From NCBI GenBank assembly GCA_900768515.1, contig CAAGDG010000058.1, positions 5,663 through 69,662 on the forward strand: a DNA stretch of 64,000 nucleotides. Direction: 5' to 3'. This document shows positions 29,018-38,278 of this stretch, in pieces. The number at the start of each line of letters is the position of its first letter. Within the stretch, counting starts at the first letter, position 1. The position numbers were made by a program, and so were the translations under genes. The notes under the pieces were generated by a model. The model saw only the letters and a program-made list of their open reading frames with translations. It had not been told where the DNA came from and searched no databases. This DNA comes from Lentisphaeria bacterium. GTDB taxonomy: Bacteria; Verrucomicrobiota; Lentisphaeria; Victivallales; Victivallaceae.

Positions 29018-30484
29018 ATGTTACTGTTTCTGGTGGGTCTGGCAATTCTGATTATCGGCTACTTCACCTACGGGAAATTCGTCGAAAAGGTTCTCGCCCC
29101 CGACGACCGCGAAACTCCTGCAAAGAGATGTTACGACGGCGTCGATTACCTCTGTCTGCCACACTGGAAAAACATGCTGATTCAGCTGCTCAACATCGCC
29201 GGCGTCGGCCCGGTGATCGGCGTGATCCTCGGGATCAAATTCGGCGTGATCGCATTTCTGATCATTCCGATCGGCAACATCATCGGCGGTTCGGTCCACG
29301 ACTTCGTCTCGGGCATGATGACGCTGCGCCACAACGGATCCAACCTGCCCGGCCTGATCCGCATGACCACCGGAAAGTGTTTCTACTGGCTGTTTTCAGC
29401 ATTCATGGTCTTTCTGCTGCTGCTGGTGGTGGCGGTCTTCATCAACATTCCGGCCAAGCTGATCGACGGCTTCTGGCCTTCGACCGCGCTTTTCTGGACC
29501 GCGGTGCTCTGCATCTTCCTCTACTACATTGCCGCAACGCTCTTCCCGATCGACAAGATCATCGGCAGAGTCTACCCCTTCTTCGGAGCGCTGCTGATTC
29601 TCGGCACGCTGGCGATCTTCGTGGTCCTCTTCTGGGAGGCGCTCCGGAATCCGGCGCTGCTGCAGGAGAGCGAGGCGTTCCGGCAGCAGATGTTCACACC
29701 CGAAAACAACAACCCGATCCTGCCGATGCTCTTCGTGACCATCGCCTGCGGTATTCTCTCCGGCTTCCACGCCACCCAGTCGCCGATCATCGCCCGTACC
29801 ATGGCCCATGAAAATCAGGCGCGTTCCTCCTTCTACGGCATGATGGTCGTCGAAGGTCTGATCGGAATGATCTGGGCCGCCGCCGGACTCGCAATCTACA
29901 ACCTCTATCCGGAACTGATGAGTAAAGATCCCACCGTCGCGCTCAAGAGCATTACCGACCACTTCCTCGGAACCGGAGTCGGCGCCGTCACCGTGATCAG
30001 CGTGATCATCCTGGCGATCACCTCCGGAGACACTGCGATGCGGAGCCTCCGTCTGAGCCTCGGCGAGATGTGCTCGGTTCCGCAGAAGCAGATCCGCAAC
30101 CGGCTGCTGCTCTGTCTGCCGCTGATCGTGGTGGTTTCGCTGCTGCTCTGGTGGTCCAACCTGAGCGCCTCCACCTTCAAGCAGCTCTGGAACTACTTCG
30201 CCTGGGGCAACCAGGTGCTGGCCGCCTGTACGCTGACCGCGGCGACGGTCTGGCTGACCGCCCAGCGCAAGCCGGGCTGGATCACCGCGCTCCCCGGCGC
30301 ATTCATGATTTTCATCGTGACCACCTACATTCTCTGGATTTCTCCGGAACACGGCGGCCCGGTCGGATTCGGAATGGAGCTTAAACACGCCTATCTGGTC
30401 GCGGCGTTCCTGGCCGCCATGACGATTCTCTGGGCCTACCGGCACGGAGAGAAGATGCTTGGGAAATTCGATTCCATCGACTGA
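29018..30484 (+). CDS. cstA: Carbon starvation protein A (CstA peptide/pyruvate transporter family).
   Basis: MLLFLVGLAILIIGYFTYGKFVEKVLAPDD...NIAGVGPVIG...GSVHDF, a multi-TM CstA N-terminus. Start at internal Met 29018 with RBS AAAGGCGGA. The upstream 100 codons of the track ORF overlap the divergent gene region. Confidence 0.85.
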   Translation: MLLFLVGLAILIIGYFTYGKFVEKVLAPDDRETPAKRCYDGVDYLCLPHWKNMLIQLLNIAGVGPVIGVILGIKFGVIAFLIIPIGNIIGGSVHDFVSGMMTLRHNGSNLPGLIRMTTGKCFYWLFSAFMVFLLLLVVAVFINIPAKLIDGFWPSTALFWTAVLCIFLYYIAATLFPIDKIIGRVYPFFGALLILGTLAIFVVLFWEALRNPALLQESEAFRQQMFTPENNNPILPMLFVTIACGILSGFHATQSPIIARTMAHENQARSSFYGMMVVEGLIGMIWAAAGLAIYNLYPELMSKDPTVALKSITDHFLGTGVGAVTVISVIILAITSGDTAMRSLRLSLGEMCSVPQKQIRNRLLLCLPLIVVVSLLLWWSNLSASTFKQLWNYFAWGNQVLAACTLTAATVWLTAQRKPGWITALPGAFMIFIVTTYILWISPEHGGPVGFGMELKHAYLVAAFLAAMTILWAYRHGEKMLGKFDSID

Positions 30485-30550
30485 AGAATCCTTCGCGAGC
30501 GGCACCGTCTGCGGCAATTTTCCACCGGAGCGATGTTGTCAACTCCGTGT

Positions 30551-31432
30551 TCAGTCGCGCTTCGACGCCGGGGGGAAAGGTTCCACCCGGCAGCCGCGCA
30601 ATCCGAAACGGGATGAAAGCAGTTCATCTCCCGGCGCCGGCCGGGAGACCGGCGCGGCAACCGCCGCCGGCACGCCGGTGAACTCCGGCCGGTCCAGCAG
30701 CGTCTGCAGCAGCGGGCGGGCCATCTCCGGATCCACCGGTTTCCGGCAGATCGCCAGAATCAGCCGCGGTTTCGACTCGCGAACAATCGCGGCGGAACGA
30801 ACCTCTTCCGGCGTGGTCGCAACGCGGCCGGCAAGCAGCAGACCATCGTCGGAGAACTCCACCTGCAACACCTCCTCCGGTTGAAATTCGTCAAGCAGTT
30901 TTGCCCTCCGGTTCAGGTAGTCGCGCATCGCCTGCCAGTCGACTTTGCGAAGCAGCTCCGGAAGGTTGCCGTAAATGCCGGCATGATGACCGTAGCGGGG
31001 TTCGACCATTTCCGCGAGCGCCTGTTCGAGCGTCCAGTTTTCAAAGACGATCCGGCCGGCGGCCACCACCACGCCGGTCCGATTGGAACCATGCCAGCAG
31101 TGAATCAGGATCGGTTTCGGCGCACATTGAACGATTTCCAGCGCATTGCGCAGATCCTTCTCCGAAACCGAACCGGCATTGAGCCGGAGCCGGTATTCCG
31201 TCAGTCCGGAATTGAGCAGCTTCCGGGCATCGGAGTGGAAATGCCGCAGATTAAGTACGCTTTTGTACCCCCGCCGGGCCAGTTCCCGGAACTGTGCGGC
31301 GGTCGGCTGACCCGACCGGCTGATCTTCAGTTCGGTACTGACAACGTGAAAATTGACCGGGAGCTCTCCCTCCTCCGCGGCCAGAAACAGCGACGCCGCC
31401 AGCATCTGGAGAAACAGAAAAAACTTGCGCAT
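30551..31432 (-). CDS. Secreted protein-tyrosine/dual-specificity phosphatase-like protein (CX5R).
   Basis: Signal peptide MRKFFLFLQMLAASLFLAAEEG. P-loop HCWHGSNRTG. ~120-aa C-terminal extension. Confidence 0.7.
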   Translation of the reverse strand: MRKFFLFLQMLAASLFLAAEEGELPVNFHVVSTELKISRSGQPTAAQFRELARRGYKSVLNLRHFHSDARKLLNSGLTEYRLRLNAGSVSEKDLRNALEIVQCAPKPILIHCWHGSNRTGVVVAAGRIVFENWTLEQALAEMVEPRYGHHAGIYGNLPELLRKVDWQAMRDYLNRRAKLLDEFQPEEVLQVEFSDDGLLLAGRVATTPEEVRSAAIVRESKPRLILAICRKPVDPEMARPLLQTLLDRPEFTGVPAAVAAPVSRPAPGDELLSSRFGLRGCRVEPFPPASKRD

Positions 31433-31458
31433 TGCGTCATCCTCCCTCTTTCAATGGT

Positions 31459-33612
31459 TCACTGATCCTCACCCCACGGAAACCAGAACAGCTTCCCCCG
31501 GAGTCGCCCGTGATCCACCTCATGCTCGTAAAGGCCGAAAAGAACGCTGATCCGGCGGCGTTCCGGGGAGTTCTGGTAGAGGAAGCCGGGCAGCTGATAC
31601 TCCGAAGACTCCCCCCTGCGGCGTTCCTGATAGAGAAACCCGAGCACCGACACGTCGCGGTCGCCGTCGATTTCATCGGCGTGAAAGAGACAAGTGTTCA
31701 TCTTCCAGTCCCCGCCGCAGCGGACGTAGTTGAAGAGCAGCAGCGGCAAGAGGTCGAGCGAGAAAAACTCCCTGTCCTCACAGTAATATTGGGCGATGGT
31801 CTCTGCGAGCGTTTCGCACGACTCCAGATCGCCGGGGGGCGCCAGGCTCAGAAAGCGCAGCTCCTTCGCCAACGCTTTCCGGCTGGCGTCGACCTCCGCC
31901 CGGATTCTGAGCCGGAAACTTTCATCGGGATTCCGGCAGTCGTGTTCTCTCTGGAACGCCGCCTCACAGCGGTGCAACGCACGGACGATCCGGTCCAGCC
32001 GCCGCCGATCGACGCCGTCGCGCCAGACCCGGCAGCGGCCGCTCTCCCAGCCGGAGAGGAGCGGCAGGATCACACTTTCGTCGGAGACCAGCTTGCGGCT
32101 GGAGCTGTAAAGCGCGATCTGCCTCTCCGGGTCTGAAGCGGAGGTCGGCAGAGAACATTCCGGCTCCCGGTCGACACGGCGCTGATAGCCGAGTCCGCAC
32201 AGAAAATAGACATTTTCATCCTCCAAACTGAGAACCGGCGAGGCAAACAGCGTCCGGGAAAGCGCACTTGAGTTGCGGGTGACCAGCGGCCAGAGGGTGA
32301 AGGAGACCTCTTCCCCTTCCCTCCGCCAGATCCAGAGCGGCCAGAGACAGGAGTAGCCGACCTGTTCCGGAGCAATGACTTCTCCGCTTTCAGGATCGCG
32401 CCGTTCCGGCTTGCTGGAGCTGATCCAGAGAATCGTCCCCAGATTGAGAATCCTCTCCTTCGCGCTGTTCCGGTAGAAGTAGAAGGGGAGCAGCGCGTTT
32501 TCCCCTTCGACACGCCAGAACAGCGGGAAAAAGCCGTACCCGGGCCTCCGGCGCTTCCACCAGGCCGGACCGACCCACGAGAGCTCCTTCCCCCGGCCGA
32601 AGAGCGGGAAGAGCCCGAAGGTTCCCGACGGAACATTCCACCACACCGGACCGGCGAATCCCCACTGCGGGAACTGCCACAACACCGGAAAAAAGCCGCG
32701 ACTGCCCGCCGACGTCCACCAGAGCGGGCCGACGTAATTGAAGGAATCGCTCCAGTAGGAGAGCGGGAATACGCCGCCCTCGCCGGTCACCCCCTCCCGG
32801 GTGCGCCACCAGACCGGACCGAGATTCGAAAACTCCGCCCCCCGCATTCCCAGCGGGAAAACACCCCAGCTCCCCTCCAGAGACCACCAGACCGGACCGA
32901 CGTAACTGAAGAACTTCCAGAAGGGAACCATCTCTCCGGCAGCCGCCGGATCGCCGCCGGTGCAGCCGACAACCAGTCGACTGAGCGGAAAAAACCAGAA
33001 CTCCCCGTTCCGGAAATCCATCCAGATCAGCGGGAAAAGACCGCCCGAGCGGGAGTTGCGGTTCCACCACGCCAGCGCAACGTGGTTGAATGTGGAACTG
33101 AAGCCTGCCGCCGGAACCACCCCCCATGAGCCGGTTTCGCGGTTCCACCACGCCAGCGCAACATGATTGAACGTGGAACTGAAGCCTGCCGCCGGAACCA
33201 CCCCCCATGAGCCGGTTTCGCGGTTCCACCACGCCGGCACAACATAACTGAGTCCGGGGGTGAACCATCCCACCGGGAAGAGTCCGCCGCGCTTCAGGGG
33301 CGGCTGAAACCAGAGCGGTCCATAGTAACGGAAATCCGGTCCGTGGTGAAACAGGGGAAACACGCCGAAACTGCCGGAACGCCAGTAACCATTCAAAAAC
33401 GCCAATCCTTCGGCATTCCGGCTGAAAACCGGCCAGAGAATCGTAAGCCGGTCACGATCCGCATAGCAGAGCGGCCACAGGTTGACCTTTGTCCCGTCAA
33501 ACTGGATTGCGCCATGGTCCCGGTCCTCCCCCGTCCGAAGAGAGGCACAGCCGCCGAGGAGGAAAACCATCGCCAGGCATCCGGAAAAGACAATTCGTGC
33601 AGCTCCCCGCAT
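31459..33612 (-). CDS. Lipoprotein with many Trp-rich ~20-aa repeats (GP.WW...G.FPL).
   Basis: Lipobox LLGGCAS. Repeats YVGPVWWSLEGSWGVFPL, NLGPVWWRTREG..GVFPL, YVGPLWWTSAGSRGFFPV, FAGPVWWNVPSGTFGLFPLF, WVGPAWWKRRRPGYGFFPLF. Strong AGGAAGGAG RBS before the ATG at 33612. Confidence 0.75.
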   Translation of the reverse strand: MRGAARIVFSGCLAMVFLLGGCASLRTGEDRDHGAIQFDGTKVNLWPLCYADRDRLTILWPVFSRNAEGLAFLNGYWRSGSFGVFPLFHHGPDFRYYGPLWFQPPLKRGGLFPVGWFTPGLSYVVPAWWNRETGSWGVVPAAGFSSTFNHVALAWWNRETGSWGVVPAAGFSSTFNHVALAWWNRNSRSGGLFPLIWMDFRNGEFWFFPLSRLVVGCTGGDPAAAGEMVPFWKFFSYVGPVWWSLEGSWGVFPLGMRGAEFSNLGPVWWRTREGVTGEGGVFPLSYWSDSFNYVGPLWWTSAGSRGFFPVLWQFPQWGFAGPVWWNVPSGTFGLFPLFGRGKELSWVGPAWWKRRRPGYGFFPLFWRVEGENALLPFYFYRNSAKERILNLGTILWISSSKPERRDPESGEVIAPEQVGYSCLWPLWIWRREGEEVSFTLWPLVTRNSSALSRTLFASPVLSLEDENVYFLCGLGYQRRVDREPECSLPTSASDPERQIALYSSSRKLVSDESVILPLLSGWESGRCRVWRDGVDRRRLDRIVRALHRCEAAFQREHDCRNPDESFRLRIRAEVDASRKALAKELRFLSLAPPGDLESCETLAETIAQYYCEDREFFSLDLLPLLLFNYVRCGGDWKMNTCLFHADEIDGDRDVSVLGFLYQERRRGESSEYQLPGFLYQNSPERRRISVLFGLYEHEVDHGRLRGKLFWFPWGEDQ
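33061..33245. repeat. Near-perfect 81-bp tandem duplication (2.3 copies) inside the Trp-repeat lipoprotein gene.
   Basis: gttccaccacgccagcgcaacgtggttgaatgtggaactgaagcctgccgccggaaccaccccccatgagccggtttcgcg is repeated with 3 mismatches. It encodes the duplicated 27-aa VVPAAGFSSTFNHVALAWWNRETGSWG. Confidence 0.8.
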
Positions 33613-33660
33613 CCCGTTCTCCTTCCTCACGTTGTGCCGAAAACTCCGGCGGCGGCCCGG

Positions 33661-34149
33661 TCAGCAGCGGCCGCGGACAATCGCGGCAAAGGATGCGCCG
33701 ATCAGTCCGGCCAGAGCCGAAGGCGCCATCTCCACCTGCGTACCGATCCGCCCGCCGCTGAAGATGATGGTGTCGAATGCCTGCGCGGAAACGTCGATCA
33801 CCGTCGGGAACCGTTTCTTCATTCCGATCGGAGAACATCCGCCCCGGACGTAACCGGTCAAAGCGGTGATCTCGGCCACGTGAATCATCTCGACCGACTT
33901 CACCCCGACCGCTGCTGCGGCGGCCTTCAGATCGAGCTCCTCCGCCACCGGAAGCATGAAGACGAAACACTCCCGGCCGCACCGGGTCACCAGCGTCTTG
34001 AACACCCGCTCCGGAGACTGGCCGAGCAGTTCGGCCACGGTCACGCCGTCGACCGCCTCCCCGTCGCGGTGCGGATACAAATAATGCGCATACGGGATCT
34101 TCGCCTGATCCAGGATGCGCATCACGTTGGTCTTTTCGAACTTTCCCAT
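33661..34149 (-). CDS. ybaK: Cys-tRNA(Pro)/Cys-tRNA(Cys) deacylase YbaK.
   Basis: Aligns along its length with E. coli YbaK (KTNVMRILDQAKIPYA...VEMIHVAEITALTGYVRGGCSPIGMKKRFPTVID). Confidence 0.8.
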   Translation of the reverse strand: MGKFEKTNVMRILDQAKIPYAHYLYPHRDGEAVDGVTVAELLGQSPERVFKTLVTRCGRECFVFMLPVAEELDLKAAAAAVGVKSVEMIHVAEITALTGYVRGGCSPIGMKKRFPTVIDVSAQAFDTIIFSGGRIGTQVEMAPSALAGLIGASFAAIVRGRC

Positions 34150-34159
34150 CAGCCGGAAT

Positions 34160-35035
34160 CTATTTGAGGTCGCCAACCCGCTTCATCGCCGCGATCAGTT
34201 TCTCACGGTGTTCGGCGGAGAGTTCGCACAGCGGCAGCCGGTACTCCTCCTTCATCCAACCGGCCATCGCCATCGCCGCCTTGATCGGAATCGGATTGGT
34301 CTCGATAAACTGGTCCCGGAAGAAGCAGTAGAGCCGCCGGTGCAGCTCCAGCGCCTTGCCGTAATCGCCGGAGAGCGCCGCCGACACCATCTCGGTCATC
34401 GCCGCCGGATAGAGGTTCGAAGTCACGCTGATCACGCCCCGGCCGCCGACCGCGATCATCGGCAGCGCCAGCGAATCGTCGCCGCTCAACACCGTGATGT
34501 CGCAGAGATCGAGAATCGCGGAAACCCGGTCCACGCTCCCGGCCGCCTCCTTCACCGCGACCACCATCGGATTTTTTGAAAGCCGCGCCACCGTCGCTTC
34601 CGCGATCGGAACGCCGCTGCGACCGGGCACGTTGTAGAGCACGACCGGAAGCCCGACCTCGTCGGCCACCGTGGAAAAGTGGCGGTAAAGCCCTTCCTGG
34701 GTCGGCTTGTTGTAGTAGGGAGTCACCTGAAGCGTCGCATCGGCGCCGGCCGCCTTCGCCTCGCGGGTCAGGTGGACCGCCTCCGCGGTGGAATTCGCGC
34801 CGGTTCCGGCGATGATCTGGCAGCGACCTGCCGCCTGTTCGATCACGGTTTCGATCACTTTGAGGTGTTCCTCGCAGGTCAGTGTCGGCGACTCGCCGGT
34901 GGTCCCGACCGGAACGATTCCGGCGACGCCGCCGGCAACCTGCTGATCGACGATGCGCCGCAGTGCGGCATAGTCCACCTGTCCGCCGTCGAAGGGAGTG
35001 ACCAGCGCGGTGTAGACGCCTTCCAAATGAATCAT
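34160..35035 (-). CDS. dapA: 4-hydroxy-tetrahydrodipicolinate synthase.
   Basis: GVYTALVTPF...GIVPVGTTGESPTL...YNVPGRSG, the canonical DapA. Confidence 0.9.
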   Translation of the reverse strand: MIHLEGVYTALVTPFDGGQVDYAALRRIVDQQVAGGVAGIVPVGTTGESPTLTCEEHLKVIETVIEQAAGRCQIIAGTGANSTAEAVHLTREAKAAGADATLQVTPYYNKPTQEGLYRHFSTVADEVGLPVVLYNVPGRSGVPIAEATVARLSKNPMVVAVKEAAGSVDRVSAILDLCDITVLSGDDSLALPMIAVGGRGVISVTSNLYPAAMTEMVSAALSGDYGKALELHRRLYCFFRDQFIETNPIPIKAAMAMAGWMKEEYRLPLCELSAEHREKLIAAMKRVGDLK

Positions 35036-35117
35036 TTTATCCGCTCCAAGAGTATTGTGTTGAAATCGTCACGGTTCCGGCATCCGCTCCTGATCCGCAT
35101 CCGCCGGGATTCTTCCA

Positions 35118-35153
35118 TTGATTTAACATAATTCGATTCCGGAATGAAATCAA
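35118..35153. promoter_or_regulatory. Inverted repeat TTGATTT...ATTCCGGAAT...AAATCAA in the dapA / lipoprotein divergent region.
   Basis: Perfect 10-bp palindrome ATTCCGGAAT (35136-35145) nested in the outer 7-bp arms. Seen in sequence only. Confidence 0.25.
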
Positions 35154-35261
35154 TAGTGTTTTGCCATTTTTGATTTGAAAAACAGCAGTTGCGCCGCTAA
35201 TTTATGCGGAGGGGGGCACGAAAGTCCGGGCCACCTCGACAGCCAGGGAGGAGTTACCGCC

Positions 35262-35762
35262 GTGAAAAAAATGATGAAAATGTGCTGCGCCGCCGCGCTC
35301 CTTGCCCTCTGCGGCTGCGTCTCGTTCGAGTATGAGGGGAATCGGGAACCGAATCCCACCAGCGACGTTCAGGTCTACACCGACGCCACCCGGATCGACC
35401 GCCCCTATCAGGTGCTCGGCCGAGCCTCCGCCTCCGGAAGCTACCTCGACGTCTCCCGCGAGAAACTTCAGGCCAAACTGGTTTCGGAAGCCAGGAAACA
35501 CGGAGCCGACGCCATTCTGATCACGGAGCAGCAGGTCGTTTCCGACGGGGTCCAGCGCAACGCCCCGCTATTCGAGAGCGCGTTCGACTACGACGACACC
35601 AGCCGCAGCTGGCGGCAGATCTACAAGGACGTTGACCTCAATTACGGCAGTGTGCGGGGAACTCCGACCGATACCACAACCCTGACCAGTTACCGCCGGA
35701 TTCTGCGTGCGGAATTTCTGAAATACTCCCCGCAGACGACGCCGGAAGCGGATCGGCCGTAA
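35262..35762 (+). CDS. Small lipoprotein, unknown function.
   Basis: GGGAGGAG RBS then GTG/ATG. MKKMMKMCCAAALLALCGC lipobox. ~165 aa. Confidence 0.6.
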   Translation: MKKMMKMCCAAALLALCGCVSFEYEGNREPNPTSDVQVYTDATRIDRPYQVLGRASASGSYLDVSREKLQAKLVSEARKHGADAILITEQQVVSDGVQRNAPLFESAFDYDDTSRSWRQIYKDVDLNYGSVRGTPTDTTTLTSYRRILRAEFLKYSPQTTPEADRP

Positions 35763-35773
35763 CCCGCCTTTCC

Positions 35774-35828
35774 CGAAAAATCAGCGCCCCGCCGGAACGA
35801 TCCGCAGCGGGGCGCGAAATTTTTTTAC
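35774..35828. terminator. Bidirectional intrinsic terminator between convergent genes.
   Basis: GCGCCCCGC-cggaacgatccgca-GCGGGGCGC flanked by an A-run (5') and TTTTTTT (3'). Confidence 0.6.
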
Positions 35829-35844
35829 AACCCGGCGGCGGGGA

Positions 35845-38061
35845 TCACTTTCCCTCCTTCCGGGAACCGTCGGCGATCATTGCGGCAAGATCGGCGGCAA
35901 CGGCAGCGGCCTCCCGCAGAGCGGGATCGGTGTTTTCACTCTTATCCTTCTGCTGCTCCGCCCGGCCGCCCTGCAGGGAATCCACACCGGAACCGGAAAC
36001 ACTCTGTTCGAGTTTGTCGGCCTCCTCCTGAACGCTCTTTTCCTGCTGATATTCGTGCCAGCGCGCCTCTTCGTTGAGCGAAATCTCCTTCTTGTCGCGG
36101 AACTTTTTAAACAGTTCAATCTGCTTTTTCAGTTTATTGAACTCCGGATTTGCGGCCACCCGTTCTTCCGAAGCTTTTTTCAGCAAAGCGATGCGATGCT
36201 CCAGCACCGGATCGATCCGCTGATAAGATGCGGGAGCGATCGAATCCCAGGGTAGATGATGATCCATGAAAAGTTCGCCGACCTCCATCTGCTCAGTCAG
36301 GCTCGGCAGCTGAATGTCCGGCTCGATCCCGAGCTGCTGGACCGATCCGCCGGCGATCCGGTAGAACATCGCGGTCTCGTAGGTCGCGGCCCCGGCCGGG
36401 AAGTTCTGCCCGATGAACTTCAAATAGCGGTCCAGCGGAGCGACTTCCAGCACGGTTCCCTTTCCGAAGGTCCGGCTGTCGCCCACCACCACCGCCCGGC
36501 AGTAATCCCGGAGCGCAGCGGTGAAAATCTCCGCCGCGGAAGCGGTCAATTTGCTGGTGATGATCACCAGCGGACCGGCGTACACCTGTTCAGGATCATC
36601 GTCGCTGGCAACCTTGATCTGCCGGTTCGAGGTGCGGGTCTGCACCACCGGGCCGGTCGGAATGAACAATCCGGTCAGCAAAATCGCCTCCGGCAAACTG
36701 CCGCCGCCGTTGCGGCGCAGGTCCATGACCACCGCGTCAACCTTGTCCTTCTTGAACGATTCCAGAATCCGGCGCACGTCGCGGGTGCAGCTTTTGAAAT
36801 CGGCATCGCCGCGGTAGGCGGCATCGAAATCCATATAGAAACTGGGCAGTTCGATCACGCCGATCTTCCACGGTTCGCCGCCGCCCTTGCGCGGAATCGT
36901 GAGAATCCGGCCGCTGGCTTCGCTCTCTTTGAGTTCAACCTTGTCCCGGGTGATGGTGATGGTCTCCGGGACCGCGTTGCGCCCCTTGGCGCCGGGGAGC
37001 ACCGTCAGCGTGACCTTGCTCCCCGCCGGACCGCGGATCAGCTTGACCGCGTTGGAGACCGACATGTCGACCACGTCGACCGCTTCACCACCCTCCTGGG
37101 CGACGGCAATGATCCGGTCCTCGACCTTCAGGTCGCCCTGCTTCGCCGCCGGACCGCCGGGCACGATGCCGACCACACGGATGTAACCGTCGTCACTGGT
37201 CAAAGTCGCTCCGATCCCGGTCAGCGACAGACTCATCGAGATGTCGAAATCCTCATCCAGCTTGGGCGGCATGTAGTTGGAATGGGGGCCAAACACTTCG
37301 GCCAGCGCATTGAGATAGAGTCCCAGAATATCCAGCCGGTCCTTCTGGTCAATCTCATTGCCGATGTCGCGGAGGCGGCGCAGCACTTTTTCCTCCGGAC
37401 TCTTGCCCTCCCACTGAGCGACGACGGAAGCGGCGGCCTCCTGTTCCTTCTCCTTCTGGTCAACCTCTTTCTTTTCGGCGGCTTTCCGGGCGCGCTCCTC
37501 GGCGGCGGCCCGTTCCGAAAGCCGGTAGTAGAGCAGATCGTTCTTGAGCCGCTTCATCCAGAGCTCCCGCAGCTCCTTCTCATCGGCGGGACGCGGCAGC
37601 TTGCGGCGGTCCGGCACGAAAGTCTCGTCGGAGGTGAAATCGACCGGCGTCTTGAGCCGCTCCTCCGCAAAGATCCGGAACTCCCGGTTCCGGCGGCGGA
37701 ACAGGTCGTAAACGCGGAATGCGAAATCCACTTTCCCCGCCTTGAGATTGGATGCGAGCAGGTCCCGTTCCGGCAGAAATTCGGCCACATCCTTGGCGGT
37801 AAAGACGATATGGTTCGGATCGAGCAGATCAAAGTAGGCGTCGAAAAGCTGATGCGAAAACTGCGTATCCAGCGCCTGAGGGCGGTAGTGGCTGTTTTCG
37901 AAGAGCCTCGATGTGAGCCGGGCGATCGCGCCGAGCTGTTCGTCGGTATAGGATGCGCCTCCTTTTGCCGGAGCCGTCGGCGCCGCGGCGGGAAGCAGGA
38001 ACATGACAAAGAGAAACGCGACAAACAAAGAGAAGCGTATCAGCTGTTTTCTGATTTCCAT
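35845..38061 (-). CDS. Carboxyl-terminal processing (tail-specific) protease, S41 family, with PDZ and a long K/E-rich C-terminal region.
   Basis: PDZ (VVGIVPGGPAAKQGDLKVEDRIIAV). DLRRNGGGSL and TSKLTASAAEIF S41 catalytic motifs. Start at MEIRKQ with a TM signal anchor and RBS GCGAGGAA. Confidence 0.8.
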   Translation of the reverse strand: MEIRKQLIRFSLFVAFLFVMFLLPAAAPTAPAKGGASYTDEQLGAIARLTSRLFENSHYRPQALDTQFSHQLFDAYFDLLDPNHIVFTAKDVAEFLPERDLLASNLKAGKVDFAFRVYDLFRRRNREFRIFAEERLKTPVDFTSDETFVPDRRKLPRPADEKELRELWMKRLKNDLLYYRLSERAAAEERARKAAEKKEVDQKEKEQEAAASVVAQWEGKSPEEKVLRRLRDIGNEIDQKDRLDILGLYLNALAEVFGPHSNYMPPKLDEDFDISMSLSLTGIGATLTSDDGYIRVVGIVPGGPAAKQGDLKVEDRIIAVAQEGGEAVDVVDMSVSNAVKLIRGPAGSKVTLTVLPGAKGRNAVPETITITRDKVELKESEASGRILTIPRKGGGEPWKIGVIELPSFYMDFDAAYRGDADFKSCTRDVRRILESFKKDKVDAVVMDLRRNGGGSLPEAILLTGLFIPTGPVVQTRTSNRQIKVASDDDPEQVYAGPLVIITSKLTASAAEIFTAALRDYCRAVVVGDSRTFGKGTVLEVAPLDRYLKFIGQNFPAGAATYETAMFYRIAGGSVQQLGIEPDIQLPSLTEQMEVGELFMDHHLPWDSIAPASYQRIDPVLEHRIALLKKASEERVAANPEFNKLKKQIELFKKFRDKKEISLNEEARWHEYQQEKSVQEEADKLEQSVSGSGVDSLQGGRAEQQKDKSENTDPALREAAAVAADLAAMIADGSRKEGK

Positions 38062-38249
38062 AAAAAAGTTCCTCGCAGGAATTACCGGTTGCATATTATG
38101 AATATTCGTTAATGTAACACATCTTAACAAATTTTGAAAGCGGAAAACGGACACTTCGCTTTTTTTTTCCGTTTAAAAAGCTATATTAGATCAAAAACGG
38201 TCCGGACAGCCGCCGGGACCCCGGTCCGGAAAAAATGTCCGGCTGCACA

Positions 38250-38261
38250 CGGACCGGTCCG
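38250..38261. promoter_or_regulatory. Perfect 12-bp palindrome CGGACCGGTCCG within a cluster of four GGTCCGG direct repeats, in the leader of the GH13-GDE gene.
   Basis: GGTCCGG at about 38199, 38223, 38236 (TGTCCGG) and 38256. The palindrome lies 3 nt before the AGGAAGGAG RBS. Confidence 0.3.
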
Positions 38262-38278
38262 GCAGGAAGGAGCCTGAC

